Origin: a virus
Taxonomy: Duplodnaviria > Caudoviricetes
DNA: 62,817 nucleotides
Virus record (IMG/VR): IMGVR_UViG_3300023184_000121
Coordinates: 1 to 62,817 of that record
Strand: one strand, 5' to 3'
Shown: one piece after another, positions 45,487 through 55,608 of the stretch
Position numbering within the stretch: position 1 is the first letter of the stretch
How the letters are laid out: the number at the start of each line of letters is the position of its first letter
Translations under genes and position numbers: made by a program
The notes under the pieces: generated by a model
Databases searched by the model: none
What the model saw: the letters and a program-made list of their open reading frames with translations, nothing else
Told to the model about the DNA's origin: nothing

Positions 45487-46499
45487 AGCGTGCCGCCTCC
45501 GTAAAAGTGCGTGCCCTGATGGTAAACCGGGGATCCAAGGTCACAGTACGGTTGATGCCCCGCCTGCTTTGCTCGCAGGCAAAACGAAACATCTTCGCCG
45601 TACCCGGGAGTCCGTCGGAAATATTCAAACGGCGCCCCGGGCTGCCCTGCAAGTTCCGGGAAACGCGCCCGGATATCGTCGAACACTTGCCGATGAATGA
45701 GCAGCATCCCAGTACCAATCCAATCGCACGGGATGACAGAATTGAGATGCACCTTTGCGTTTGCTGCCTGCTGCTGCGCGGAGCAGTTGAACATACCGTT
45801 TGGACGACGCCCAAAGTAAGCGGCGCCAATGAGCGACTGGCGAGTGTTCATCAATCGTTCGACGACGTTTCGATTTAGCACCTCATCCGGGATGCTGGCT
45901 GGAATTCGCGCAAGCACGCGCAGGAAAGCGGCTTTTCCGATTGCCGGAATCATGTCGTCATCAAGCATGAGAAGGTACTTGGAGTCGGTAGCCAAGAACC
46001 GGGCCACAAGTTCGTTTCGGGCGTCTTCCACGCTTGCGTTGCCTTCAACAATGTCGCCCCGGATTTTATCCCCAAACTGCTTTACGATATTTACAAACGC
46101 GAGACAAGTAAGCGGTGCAACCGTCTTGAATGAAATCATTCCAAGATACAACTCGGCACCATTCCACATTCCGACGTAATCGTGCCATCCATTTGCGTTT
46201 GGAACTGCCTTTACCAAATCGTCTTGAACGTCCTTGATAGGCTCAGATTCGATTGGCTCTGATGGAAGAACCGGGGCGGCGTTTTTAGGAGGTCTGCCTC
46301 TTCGGCGAGGGATTGGATTTGCCTCAGCCTTGCGTGCCGCCTCCTCTGCGACCAGTCGCTCTGCCATCGCTTGCATCCTGCCTGTGCCCGGGCCGTAACG
46401 GCGAGGTTGAACAATTGAATTGAACGGGTTTGGAGAAGCCTCCGCTTCAAGCCGCTTGATCTCTAACTTTGATTTTGCTGTTTCAATAATGGGTTGCAT
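45483..46499 (-). CDS. GT-A (GT2-like) glycosyltransferase with a disordered N-terminus
   Basis: ARNELV...YLLMLDDDM...GTGMLLIHRQVF...GEDVSFC. Confidence 0.8.
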   Translation of the reverse strand: MQPIIETAKSKLEIKRLEAEASPNPFNSIVQPRRYGPGTGRMQAMAERLVAEEAARKAEANPIPRRRGRPPKNAAPVLPSEPIESEPIKDVQDDLVKAVPNANGWHDYVGMWNGAELYLGMISFKTVAPLTCLAFVNIVKQFGDKIRGDIVEGNASVEDARNELVARFLATDSKYLLMLDDDMIPAIGKAAFLRVLARIPASIPDEVLNRNVVERLMNTRQSLIGAAYFGRRPNGMFNCSAQQQAANAKVHLNSVIPCDWIGTGMLLIHRQVFDDIRARFPELAGQPGAPFEYFRRTPGYGEDVSFCLRAKQAGHQPYCDLGSPVYHQGTHFYGGGTL

Positions 46500-46502
46500 A
46501 AA

Positions 46503-47780
46503 TTATCCTCTAAGTGCTTCATCTAGACCCGCATCAATAGCATCGGAAGAATTCATCTTCAGACGATCTTGGAGCGACGTTGACTGCGCTGCTGAATGGG
46601 TTGATATGTTGCTGCGGGGCATACGGGAAGCCCCCCTAATCTGCGCCAGCTCGTCCTTGGCTTGTTTCAGCTCTTGTTGCAATTGCGTCCGATACTGCTG
46701 CTCGATTCGGAGCTGGGGAACCAAGACGTGGACGTAGGTCGCTGCCCCCGCAACTCGAGCCCGCTCCTGAGCGTCTTTTGGATATCTTGCGGCGTTAAAA
46801 ATGTTTTTGAGTTCATTCAACCCATCGTTGTGCTTTTGGATTGCTTCAACCATAGCTGGCGTTGCGTTTTCCGGCACCTGTTGATAGTGAAGATATGGTT
46901 TATCTTTAACGAGTTCCGCTAATTCGTTGTCGATTACTTTTGTCTCTTCATTGTACCACTCCGAGCGTTTTGTAAGTTGCTGCTGCTCGTATTGCTGAAT
47001 GTTTGCCGTCGATCCCTCGATTTCTTGGGCCTGCTCTTCTTGCAGTCGATAAGCGTCGGTCAGATTTCGGACAAGATCTTGTTTTTGAAATTCCGAAAAC
47101 TTGCCGAGATTGTCCTCCCACCACTTTTTATCAACCATTGCAGGCCCGCCAGCGGCCTTGATTGAGTCAATGATACGCTGGGGCACATTTGCCTGTTCGA
47201 GCGTGCTGTAGACGCCTCGGGACGCTTTCTCAATAGGCTCCTGATATTTTTTAATAAACTCAGGATCGTTCTTGATGTCGTATACTGCCCGAAACCGCTT
47301 CAGATCCTCGTAGTCAGGAGGCGCCTGCGGAGTTGCTTTTTGACGCTCAAGCTCTTCGTAGCGCTGGCGCAACACTTCCGCCTCTTGCGCCTGCCTCTTC
47401 CACATAGTTGAAGACTCTTGAAGCTTTCTCCAGTTTGCGCGGTTGCTCTCCGACATTCCCTTTGGCGCCTCAATCGCGGCTACCTCTGGGTCGATTTCAA
47501 TTTTATTTTCCGGGGGCGCTGGCGCTTGTTTTTGTTGAGCGGCTTCACGAGCCTGAAGCTCTGGCTGAACTGGAGAAATTTCCCTGTTTGGAACAACCGA
47601 CGGATCCGGCGTTCGTAGTTGCTTTTCGATGTGCTCGGAAAGCTCCGGGTTTGCATCAAACTTTGATTCCGACTCGGCAAGAAGGGCGTCCAGTTGGGCG
47701 CTCAAGTCTACGTCTTGCTCCCCGATGTCCGAGGAGCCAGAATTATTAATCAAATCATCCGTCTCTTGGTCGTCATTCAT
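46503..47780 (-). CDS. Putative scaffolding protein
   Basis: Acidic coiled-coil protein between portal and capsid. Confidence 0.65.
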   Translation of the reverse strand: MNDDQETDDLINNSGSSDIGEQDVDLSAQLDALLAESESKFDANPELSEHIEKQLRTPDPSVVPNREISPVQPELQAREAAQQKQAPAPPENKIEIDPEVAAIEAPKGMSESNRANWRKLQESSTMWKRQAQEAEVLRQRYEELERQKATPQAPPDYEDLKRFRAVYDIKNDPEFIKKYQEPIEKASRGVYSTLEQANVPQRIIDSIKAAGGPAMVDKKWWEDNLGKFSEFQKQDLVRNLTDAYRLQEEQAQEIEGSTANIQQYEQQQLTKRSEWYNEETKVIDNELAELVKDKPYLHYQQVPENATPAMVEAIQKHNDGLNELKNIFNAARYPKDAQERARVAGAATYVHVLVPQLRIEQQYRTQLQQELKQAKDELAQIRGASRMPRSNISTHSAAQSTSLQDRLKMNSSDAIDAGLDEALRG

Positions 47781-47782
47781 AA

Positions 47783-48022
47783 TTACATTTCTTGATACTT
47801 GTCATTTTCGGGCTCATCCCCGGGTGACCTTAATTCCAGCAACTCGTCGTAAACTTGCAGAAGATACTCTGCTCCCGCCCGAAACTTTGCCTCAAGCGCA
47901 ACAGCCTCAATTGTGTGTCCCTCAAGAGGAGGTATCATTTCGGCAAGCTTCTTCCGAAGAGCGCCTTTTGTTTTTTCGTGAAAAGTTCGTAACGCTGCTG
48001 AGTCTCTGGGCTGCCATTGCAT
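47783..48022 (-). CDS. Small head-module protein
   Basis: 79-aa ORF between portal and scaffold. Confidence 0.6.
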   Translation of the reverse strand: MQWQPRDSAALRTFHEKTKGALRKKLAEMIPPLEGHTIEAVALEAKFRAGAEYLLQVYDELLELRSPGDEPENDKYQEM

Positions 48023-48026
48023 AAAA

Positions 48027-50444
48027 TTATCGAGCTGTCGGAGGACGAGGCGGAGTTGCAATTTGATCTACAATTCCGGCCTGCGAACCCATTTCGTCCT
48101 GAGTTCCCTGCATGATGAAATTCTGCTGCGCTACAGATGGAGAGCGTCCCCCATTTCCGCCTCCGCCTCGGTGCATTGCTGCTGGCTGGATCTCCGGCGG
48201 GGGAGGTGTTCCTTGAGCAGATGTCAAATGCGCCGCCGCCTGCTTGTATGCATTCTTGAGCTTCCCAAGCTCTTTCTTTGGAACGCCCTTTGCCTCGGCA
48301 GCCGACAAGTGATCGGCAAAATGCTTGAGAGCAGATCCGACGGCGTTGACCAACTCGGGCGGCAAAGACCCGGGAGGGGCAGCCTGAATGACTGGCAACA
48401 ATTTAGTCACCATCGTATCCAGATGAACCATGTCATTGTCTAGCGGCGACACATCCACCTGCTGCCCGGTCATTATTGACGTAAGCTCCATCACCTGCTG
48501 CCTTGTTGCTTCAATCTGAATAGCTTCAACATGGTTCTTCGGAAGAATCACTTGATTTGCAACTGTTTCCCCAAGTTTCCGAGACCAATCCAATTTCATC
48601 AGTGCGCCTTGATCGATTGCCGGATTGCCCATGTACCGGGCAATCAAAACATCAAGCAGGGCGTTGTCCTGAGCCGTGGTGTCTGTAGTCAGTTCCGCTG
48701 CCGGAGAAAACGCCATAAGCAGGATGTCGCTTGGTGGAATGTTTTTCTCCAGCATTTCGTAACAGGCATTGATTGCGTCCTCGTCCAAGTGTGGAGGAAC
48801 CTCGAACGGAATCATAAACGGAGGCAATTCAATGTGCGCCTTTTCAAAAGCGTCAACAACCTCGCGCCGAGCCCATTGAGCGTTAGGGCTCTGCATTCTA
48901 CCAATATCAATCCTCGTTTTCAAATCTGCTGCCGCCTTTAAGTTCTCGGGGTGACAAATGCCGCGTTGCATCCGTTCGACGCCGTGAGAAAACTGTTTAG
49001 AAAACCGCATCAGGATTCCTTGGCGCAATTGATTTTCAATGGCGGCAACCCGGTTGACTTCGCTGGCTGTTTTTCTGGTTTGGGTTTCCACTGGAGACCC
49101 GGGAAGAAAAGTTCCGACCTGTATTTCAGCGAGCTGACTTACGAATTGATCGAGGCGCAAAAAGTCCTCTACGTCGGCAGGCATTGCAGTCTGCTGCACC
49201 TCAAATCCCTCCGCGATGTAAGCAATCGGATGATTGACGGTAAGCGGGGCTGCCCCGGGCTTTGCGTTGGGCGTTTTCTTTAGCAGCAACAGCCCTTTAA
49301 TGTAGCTGTTATCAACGACGAGGTTTCTGGCTTTATCAACCGCAACGTGCGTGTTGTAAAGGTCTCGCCCTGCGCCCCTTGAGGACATCAGTCCGCCGGA
49401 TCCGACCTCAACCGCAAACAGCGAAAGGCACTCCGACATTTTGTTGTACCGATCGACCTGCGTGCAAATTTCGTACCCGGCCTTGTCGTCGAACAAATAC
49501 CTCGAGATCTTTCCGTGCGGTTCCCGGACAAGGATTTCTCCAAGCTCAACATACTTAGCATCAGTCTCGTACGAGGCGCCGTAGCTCCCTTCCCGGTTCC
49601 AGTCTTCAACGCGCCGGGCGTCGTCGTTAGAGTCCAAGGTTCTGCCCGCTGGGGTAGCGTTGTTAATTGAGCGCACCAGATTATTGATGTGCCATCCGGC
49701 AAGCATGGAGTGTTCGGGACGCTCCAAAATAGGCAACAACTCCGCAATCTGATATCTCCGTTTACGCGCCCAAATAGGCGTTTCATCAACGACTTGCGGC
49801 GTCTCAATGCTGAAAAAGGTATAGTCCTGTCGCAAAAATTCCGGCTTCCAATCCCGGGTGTCATCCCAAGTCCAAGCGCAGTATCCAAAGACCGTATTTT
49901 CATGCACTGTCTGGCTCAATAGGTCATCAAATCCAGCCCATCCACGGATGCATTTCGTAATCACCTCCCGAAAGACTTTTGTCTTATTCTCGGCGTCCAA
50001 GGAATCAATTGGGTACTTTGCAAACGTAAGCGTCGGCGCCATCTCAATAACCTGCTTGAAAGGAGGCTGGATGCGACTGCACATGGTAGACAAAAACCCA
50101 GTCGGACGATTGCTCCTCCAGTTTTGCCCCATGCTCTCGAGCTTTTTTTGCGCGTATGGCGGCTCATTGTTGAGCTTCCGTTGAATCAACTGGTTCTTCC
50201 TGTTGCGCTCAAGATTCTGTTGCTTTAGGCGCTTGTAAGAAGAGTGGGCCTGCTCCGCATTTTTAAATGTGCGGCGAACCTGTAGCGTCTTTGGATCGAC
50301 CGTTTCAGTCGTGCTTGAGCTTGGATCCCGGACATCGAGATCTAAAATCCGGGGCTTGTCGGCTCCCGTCTGAACTCGCGGCGCCTTGTCGGCGTACGAA
50401 TTTGTAACGACCGGGTTAAGAGGCTTTGAAGAATCGCTTGCCAC
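48027..50444 (-). CDS. Putative portal protein (805 aa)
   Basis: Size; synteny after terminase; KTASEV motif typical of podoviral portals. Confidence 0.75.
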   Translation of the reverse strand: MASDSSKPLNPVVTNSYADKAPRVQTGADKPRILDLDVRDPSSSTTETVDPKTLQVRRTFKNAEQAHSSYKRLKQQNLERNRKNQLIQRKLNNEPPYAQKKLESMGQNWRSNRPTGFLSTMCSRIQPPFKQVIEMAPTLTFAKYPIDSLDAENKTKVFREVITKCIRGWAGFDDLLSQTVHENTVFGYCAWTWDDTRDWKPEFLRQDYTFFSIETPQVVDETPIWARKRRYQIAELLPILERPEHSMLAGWHINNLVRSINNATPAGRTLDSNDDARRVEDWNREGSYGASYETDAKYVELGEILVREPHGKISRYLFDDKAGYEICTQVDRYNKMSECLSLFAVEVGSGGLMSSRGAGRDLYNTHVAVDKARNLVVDNSYIKGLLLLKKTPNAKPGAAPLTVNHPIAYIAEGFEVQQTAMPADVEDFLRLDQFVSQLAEIQVGTFLPGSPVETQTRKTASEVNRVAAIENQLRQGILMRFSKQFSHGVERMQRGICHPENLKAAADLKTRIDIGRMQSPNAQWARREVVDAFEKAHIELPPFMIPFEVPPHLDEDAINACYEMLEKNIPPSDILLMAFSPAAELTTDTTAQDNALLDVLIARYMGNPAIDQGALMKLDWSRKLGETVANQVILPKNHVEAIQIEATRQQVMELTSIMTGQQVDVSPLDNDMVHLDTMVTKLLPVIQAAPPGSLPPELVNAVGSALKHFADHLSAAEAKGVPKKELGKLKNAYKQAAAHLTSAQGTPPPPEIQPAAMHRGGGGNGGRSPSVAQQNFIMQGTQDEMGSQAGIVDQIATPPRPPTAR

Positions 50445-50456
50445 AGGTTTTTATGG

Positions 50457-51176
50457 TTAAGCGGCAGGTTCGGACTCAGGTTCAATCGCAACCTCTGACG
50501 CCTGTTCTTCTTCAACCGGGACAGGATCAGGTAATGCATCGGGAGTAAATAGAGGCGTTGGCTCTTGTGCTGGAGTGGCCTCTGGGGCCGGAGCAGAAGC
50601 GGGAGCGGAAGGCGCCGACAAAAGCCAGCAGAAGTCAGGAAGCCCAGCAGCGGGAGTCAAATTCTCGGCGTCTAGGAAGACAGCGGTTCGAGCGTCAAAT
50701 CTGTTTACAGAGCACCCGCCAAGATTGGCAGAGTGATAAACGTCCCGGGCCTGCCGGACGGTCGCCAACTGGCGCTCGACAGTAGAAACGCAAGTGCGGC
50801 AGGAGGACTTCCAGTTTGTGTTGTTAGGACACTGCTCACAGATGGCTGCCCTTGCATCTGCAAGCTCATCAGAAACCATGTTGTACCCCTCGCCGCCGAG
50901 AAGGTTCATCGACCAAACCCGGACATCGTCCAGCAAAAGAGCCGGGATCTTCTTTTCCTCGGAAGCAACGTGCGTAAAAATACCACAAAAGTGAGGCCAT
51001 CGGGAGCAAATGTATTCGTCCACGTCGGCTTCAACATCGCCTTGCGGGAGGTTGTTGTTCGCCCGGAAGGTCTCGACCGCAATTAAAAGCTGGTCATACC
51101 CACTGGCATCAATTCGCACGCCGTCCTGCTCATAGTGCCAGCCGCTGGGTGGAAACATTCCGATCGTCGGTTTCAT
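50457..51176 (-). CDS. Cys-rich hypothetical protein
   Basis: RAAICEQCP-x-N, CRTC, C...CW; acidic Pro-rich tail. Confidence 0.7.
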   Translation of the reverse strand: MKPTIGMFPPSGWHYEQDGVRIDASGYDQLLIAVETFRANNNLPQGDVEADVDEYICSRWPHFCGIFTHVASEEKKIPALLLDDVRVWSMNLLGGEGYNMVSDELADARAAICEQCPNNTNWKSSCRTCVSTVERQLATVRQARDVYHSANLGGCSVNRFDARTAVFLDAENLTPAAGLPDFCWLLSAPSAPASAPAPEATPAQEPTPLFTPDALPDPVPVEEEQASEVAIEPESEPAA

Positions 51177-51196
51177 GCCGACATTTATCCTACCCA

Positions 51197-51239
51197 GTGT
51201 TCAATTTCGCAACACTTTTGTGTTCAATTTCTGAACACA
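51197..51239. promoter_or_regulatory. Tandem palindromic operator-like sites upstream of the head operon
   Basis: gtgttcaatttcgcaacac and tgtgttcaatttctgaacaca. Confidence 0.55.
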
Positions 51240-51241
51240 AT

Positions 51242-51439
51242 TTATTTTTCCAGCTCGTGACACCGGGAGTGGGTCTCACACAAAACGAGCAGACCCAGCC
51301 CCTTTACTTTAAATTTTTTTGACGTAAGTGTGTCGCATCGAACGAACTCCCCCGGGGAAAACACTTCGACGTGAGAGCACCGGGACAATTTTGGAACCTT
51401 GGGTGCCTTTTCTGTTTTGGGCGCCTTGTAATCTTTCAT
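51242..51439 (-). CDS. Small Cys/His protein
   Basis: RCSH...RCD...LCETH. Confidence 0.5.
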   Translation of the reverse strand: MKDYKAPKTEKAPKVPKLSRCSHVEVFSPGEFVRCDTLTSKKFKVKGLGLLVLCETHSRCHELEK

Positions 51440-51443
51440 TTCT

Positions 51444-51797
51444 TTAATCCTTTTCCTCAAAATCCCCGTCAATCACCTTGAACAGGTCTTCGTGCATGAT
51501 TGAAATAGAGTTGATTGAGCTATCTCCTTCTTCAGACAACCAAACATCTAATACGTTTGATATGTGAGGTTTAAACTCCTCAAGCGTCTTTCTGATAATT
51601 CCAGAAACTATTTTGTGCTGCTGGTCTTCCGTGCAGCACCTGAATGCGGAATAAAATCCCGGGTTCTCCTGCTGGAACTTAATAACCTCCAGTCGAATGG
51701 TGTCAAATATGGCGTCGTGGATATGAAGTCCAATATCCATAAAGTCAACGGCGCTACTGATTAATGAATTTACCTGCTTTTCTGTTAGCTTGATCAT
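51444..51797 (-). CDS. Hypothetical protein
   Basis: ORF downstream of TerL. Confidence 0.55.
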   Translation of the reverse strand: MIKLTEKQVNSLISSAVDFMDIGLHIHDAIFDTIRLEVIKFQQENPGFYSAFRCCTEDQQHKIVSGIIRKTLEEFKPHISNVLDVWLSEEGDSSINSISIMHEDLFKVIDGDFEEKD

Positions 51798-51834
51798 AAT
51801 TAATTTAATTTTCCCGGCGGAATTACCGGGCGGC

Positions 51835-53694
51835 TTAGAATTCAACAAAAATCGAGGAATCGTCAACGACGCTTTCGTAAGGTTTTTCCCGGGGCTCAGG
51901 CTTGGGAGCGGTCATAGTCGGAACAATTCCAGCCTTTTGGCGCACCAGATAAACCAAAATGGACAGAGAATCGAGTTCGTCGGGGGATTTTGACCGGGTG
52001 CGCTTACAGTACTCCTGTTTGCTCTCCACCCGGACGAGCCCTTTCCCCTTTTGTTTATAGCGCCGGGCAGTGGCTTGCTGCTGCAAAGCTTCATTTCGGA
52101 AGGACGGGACGATCTTGATCCACTCAAACTCCATGTACCGAGCAAGGCCGAAGATCAACTCGGTGACGACGCCCTGATACATCTCGGAAGCTTTCTTGGA
52201 GTCCTCCCCAAGAATATGGGTATCAGACGCCGCCCATGAGTAGTTGATCCCTAGCACTTCGCTGCCAAAGGTAGAGACCAACACGTCGTGGATCCCGGCG
52301 CCGTTGCCCGTGCGGTCAACCGCAAGCCAGCCCGGGGAGATCTTCATGCTCTTGCAGAACTTTGCGATCGCCCCGGCCTGCTCGAGGGTCGGAAGCTTCG
52401 GGAAGTTGATCTGCCCATCCAGTTGGAGCATGGTGCGAACGCCGCCCAAATGTGGGCGAAAGACGCCGTCCTGAGCCGTCCAGCCGTCAGAAGTCCCGAT
52501 TCTCCCGTGAGAGCAGACAACCTGATCGTTCCCCTCGAGCGCCAAGTCGAACGCGGCGCAAGGGATGGTCGGGCCAATGAAACGGACGACGCCTACAGTG
52601 TTGTCCACCATCCCCGGGGTGATAACGCCCATCGCAACCCCCTCGTCCGGGAACCATCCCCGGGCCATAGTCAGAGCCTCGGCAGACTTGCCCTTTGCCA
52701 TGTAGGACATAAACCCGTCGTAGGTTTGAAGCCCGTGATAGACAACCTTCTTCTCGAGGACGTTCTCGCACCGAGCGGCATCTACCCGGAGAATCTTGTA
52801 CCCGTCCCCGGAATCCCACTCGTGGTCGTCCTCTATATCCACAGAGCCCCACCCGGCAACAGGCTTGCATCGGCGCCCAAACTCCGAGGTCTGATCCTTC
52901 GGGTTCGAGGCGCCAAAAATCTTGATGCGCCCCGGGTTTGACCAGTCAGCGCTCGAGAGGATGTTGTTAATGCCCTCCCATACCCCGGCGCCCACTTCCT
53001 CGGCCTCATCCACGACGACGTGCGTGCGCGTCAGGCGCCCCCACCGGGGATGAGAAGGGCCGAAGCGCGGCATGGGATGGAAGCCTCGAAGAACCCCGTG
53101 CCCATGCTCTCCCTTGGGAATTGCGACGAGGTGAATTCCTTGTTTCTTGTCAGAGGTGACGGCGATCGATGCGGATACCTCGTCAGACCCGTCCCCGGGC
53201 CGGACAAGCGCCTGACGGTGAAACGTCTTAATGTTGGCGAAAATGTTCCGGGTAGCGTGCTCCCGGGTCTGAGAGATCACCTTGATGCTGGTATGTGCCG
53301 GATCTCGGAACCAATCGAGGTAGAACCAAGCAGCGGCGCCAAAGGATTTGCCCATCGACCCGGCGCCTTGAATCAAGACCTTGTCGTGCTCGAATAGACA
53401 GCGCCAGACGTCAGCAGAGGCTCGAGGGCGCCAGTTGTACACGTCAGCGCCCCACAAGATGGTAGCAGCGGCCTCGAACTGGTCATTCTCGAGCAGAGCC
53501 TGCACATACTGAAGCATCGTCGCCCGGGCAGTCTCAAGCGTGATCCGAGCCCCATCCGGGGGACGAGAAGACGCCGTCTGTAGAATGTACACGACGGCGT
53601 CTAACAATCCGCGATCCTCATCTGCATCAACGATGCGGCGCACCTCCTCCGCATGGGCAATGCATTCCGCTACCGTCTTGTCCTCGTGCTGCAT
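51835..53694 (-). CDS. terL: Terminase large subunit
   Basis: Walker A GAGSMGKS, Walker B VVVDEAEE, ASNP coupling motif, nuclease FDLA-x2-G-x-D, VDRTGNG, SPDELD. Confidence 0.9.
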   Translation of the reverse strand: MQHEDKTVAECIAHAEEVRRIVDADEDRGLLDAVVYILQTASSRPPDGARITLETARATMLQYVQALLENDQFEAAATILWGADVYNWRPRASADVWRCLFEHDKVLIQGAGSMGKSFGAAAWFYLDWFRDPAHTSIKVISQTREHATRNIFANIKTFHRQALVRPGDGSDEVSASIAVTSDKKQGIHLVAIPKGEHGHGVLRGFHPMPRFGPSHPRWGRLTRTHVVVDEAEEVGAGVWEGINNILSSADWSNPGRIKIFGASNPKDQTSEFGRRCKPVAGWGSVDIEDDHEWDSGDGYKILRVDAARCENVLEKKVVYHGLQTYDGFMSYMAKGKSAEALTMARGWFPDEGVAMGVITPGMVDNTVGVVRFIGPTIPCAAFDLALEGNDQVVCSHGRIGTSDGWTAQDGVFRPHLGGVRTMLQLDGQINFPKLPTLEQAGAIAKFCKSMKISPGWLAVDRTGNGAGIHDVLVSTFGSEVLGINYSWAASDTHILGEDSKKASEMYQGVVTELIFGLARYMEFEWIKIVPSFRNEALQQQATARRYKQKGKGLVRVESKQEYCKRTRSKSPDELDSLSILVYLVRQKAGIVPTMTAPKPEPREKPYESVVDDSSIFVEF

Positions 53695-53697
53695 GGT

Positions 53698-54024
53698 TTA
53701 AGCACGCAGAATAGGGCAATTTGGATAACGCCTACGGGGCGTCACATAAGCCATAGGAACCCCGACAAGCCTTCCGCCGATAGTCTGCACCTGAGCGTCG
53801 TAACGGACGCGGACGCGGACAATCCTGCCGCTCGTCATGTCCCGAAACGTCGCCCGGGATCTCGTGGTCTTCAAGCAGCGATACGGAGTAATGCCCGTAG
53901 AAGCAGCGGCATTCTGTACCTGAGTCGAGCCAACAGACGTGCCGTAATAGGCGCCGTCAGGTGATGCCACAGATACAGTGGGAGACGCGGTGTAAGTAGT
54001 GCCTCGAACAAATGCGTTTTTCAT
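53698..54024 (-). CDS. Hypothetical protein
   Basis: ORF ending 3 nt before terL. Confidence 0.55.
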   Translation of the reverse strand: MKNAFVRGTTYTASPTVSVASPDGAYYGTSVGSTQVQNAAASTGITPYRCLKTTRSRATFRDMTSGRIVRVRVRYDAQVQTIGGRLVGVPMAYVTPRRRYPNCPILRA

Positions 54025-54342
54025 AGCGCACACAAAATACCAGCGTTCAAAAATAATACAATCCCGCGCACCCAAAATCACCTCCCCTAATTAAGCTGCC
54101 TAAAAAGGGGTGGTAAAAAATTTAGGATCCCTATTTCGATAGGGGGGGTCTAATTGGGGTAGGGGGGTCAACTTTTCAAAACATGGACGTAGCGCCTGAG
54201 TGGGTGGGCGGATCCCTTTCGCACCTGCTCGCTGCTGGGGCGCATAGGGGGGCCGGGTGGTGGTGCCCTCCGACGGGAAGCGCAGAGGCGGCAGCCTTGG
54301 CAAGCACGAGCGCACAGAGGCGCATGGTGCATAGAGGCTGAG

Positions 54343-54771
54343 CTATAGCCTCTTAAAGGATGATATCGGAATGTGAACCATCGGTTCGATATCGAGCGAT
54401 TCGCCTCTGTCCCGGCGGCCACCGACACGCACATCATCCAAAGTCGGGATGACCCATCCCGTCGCATCAGCCCACTGCACGACGAGCAGGAATGGAACGC
54501 CGTGCGCCAATGCGAGACGCTGCCCGGCCTTAACCTTGGCAAGGCTCACGATGTAGGTTGGATACTTCTGCCGCTCAACCCGGCGGCACTTAACCTCTGC
54601 CCATGCCTTGATATCCTCTCCTCGGAACAGGGCGTAATCGACCCGGAACTCGACTGGCAATTTGACTGGAATGACCCTCCAAGCCCGGGAAATGGCTATA
54701 GCAACTCCTTGCTCATTAAGGAGATCTGACTCCGACTCATGCCACTGACGCCTGCCAATTCCACATGACAC
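54343..54771 (-). CDS. PD-(D/E)XK-family small endonuclease
   Basis: RVDYAL...WAEVKCR...YPTYIVSLAK...GGRRDRG...DIEP. Confidence 0.75.
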   Translation of the reverse strand: MSCGIGRRQWHESESDLLNEQGVAIAISRAWRVIPVKLPVEFRVDYALFRGEDIKAWAEVKCRRVERQKYPTYIVSLAKVKAGQRLALAHGVPFLLVVQWADATGWVIPTLDDVRVGGRRDRGESLDIEPMVHIPISSFKRL

Positions 54772-54810
54772 TGATTGTATTGGGTTATGGGTTAAATGCC
54801 TCGAGTGAGG

Positions 54811-55410
54811 CTACTTACGCTTACCTCGTTTTGGAGGCGGAACGAGGTCGTCCAATCTCGGCTTCGAGAGGTCAACTTCCCGGGCATTCTCAACTTTGAG
54901 AAGAGCCTGCTCTCGAGGCGCCGAGGGACGCTCCACGACCTGAACACTCTCCCCGGGAATGTCTATCGTCTCACCGCTCAGGAAGCCTCTAGGAGCGAAT
55001 TTATCGCCTCTGCGATACAGTTTGAATGTGACTGCCAGCCCGGGATCCTGACGCTCTGTGACAGGCTCCAGCTCCCCGGCAAGCTTGGCATCGATCTGAA
55101 GCGCCAGTAAGCGGTCGAAGTGAATCTCGGTGCCAGCAGGCTTCATCACGGTCTTCGTAGGTATCTCCCCGGCGATCATTTGCCTGAGCAACTCACGCTT
55201 CTCGTCGAGGGCGCACAGAGACCGGGAATGCACCTCGGTCTGAATCTCAGCGATACGCTCCTTGATCCCGGGACGACGGTACAACGAATAGCCCAGCTCC
55301 TTCGGACGGTTAACGTGAGGATGGGTTTGCTTGTACGCCTCTGTCCGGCTTAGCCCTTCAGCGACTAGCCAACAGAAGCGCTCTTGGAGACGGTCGTCGA
55401 GGCGCGGCAT
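54811..55410 (-). CDS. Putative terminase small subunit
   Basis: QERFCWLVAEGLSRTEAY...L...P-x-I-x2-RI-x-E-I HTH pattern; start re-called at MPRL. Confidence 0.7.
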   Translation of the reverse strand: MPRLDDRLQERFCWLVAEGLSRTEAYKQTHPHVNRPKELGYSLYRRPGIKERIAEIQTEVHSRSLCALDEKRELLRQMIAGEIPTKTVMKPAGTEIHFDRLLALQIDAKLAGELEPVTERQDPGLAVTFKLYRRGDKFAPRGFLSGETIDIPGESVQVVERPSAPREQALLKVENAREVDLSKPRLDDLVPPPKRGKRK

Positions 55411-55608
55411 AAAAGAAAAAGAAGGAACCGGGAGCGGGAAACGCGAGAGGGGGCGCCACTCACAGAGGCGTACGTTCCCACGGTGTATTATTTTTGTACA
55501 GTGTATAATTATACTACACACTAGGCAATTATCTGTCGCTGATAGGCATAAATTGCCGATAATTAGTCTGAGCTTGACAGTGTACCTCAAAACCCCCTAT
55601 GTACCCCA

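Noticed and set aside
55411-55590. N-terminal extension of the TerS ORF
   Set aside because: AT-rich intergenic-looking DNA with short palindromes; the TerS-like pattern begins at MPRL (55410).
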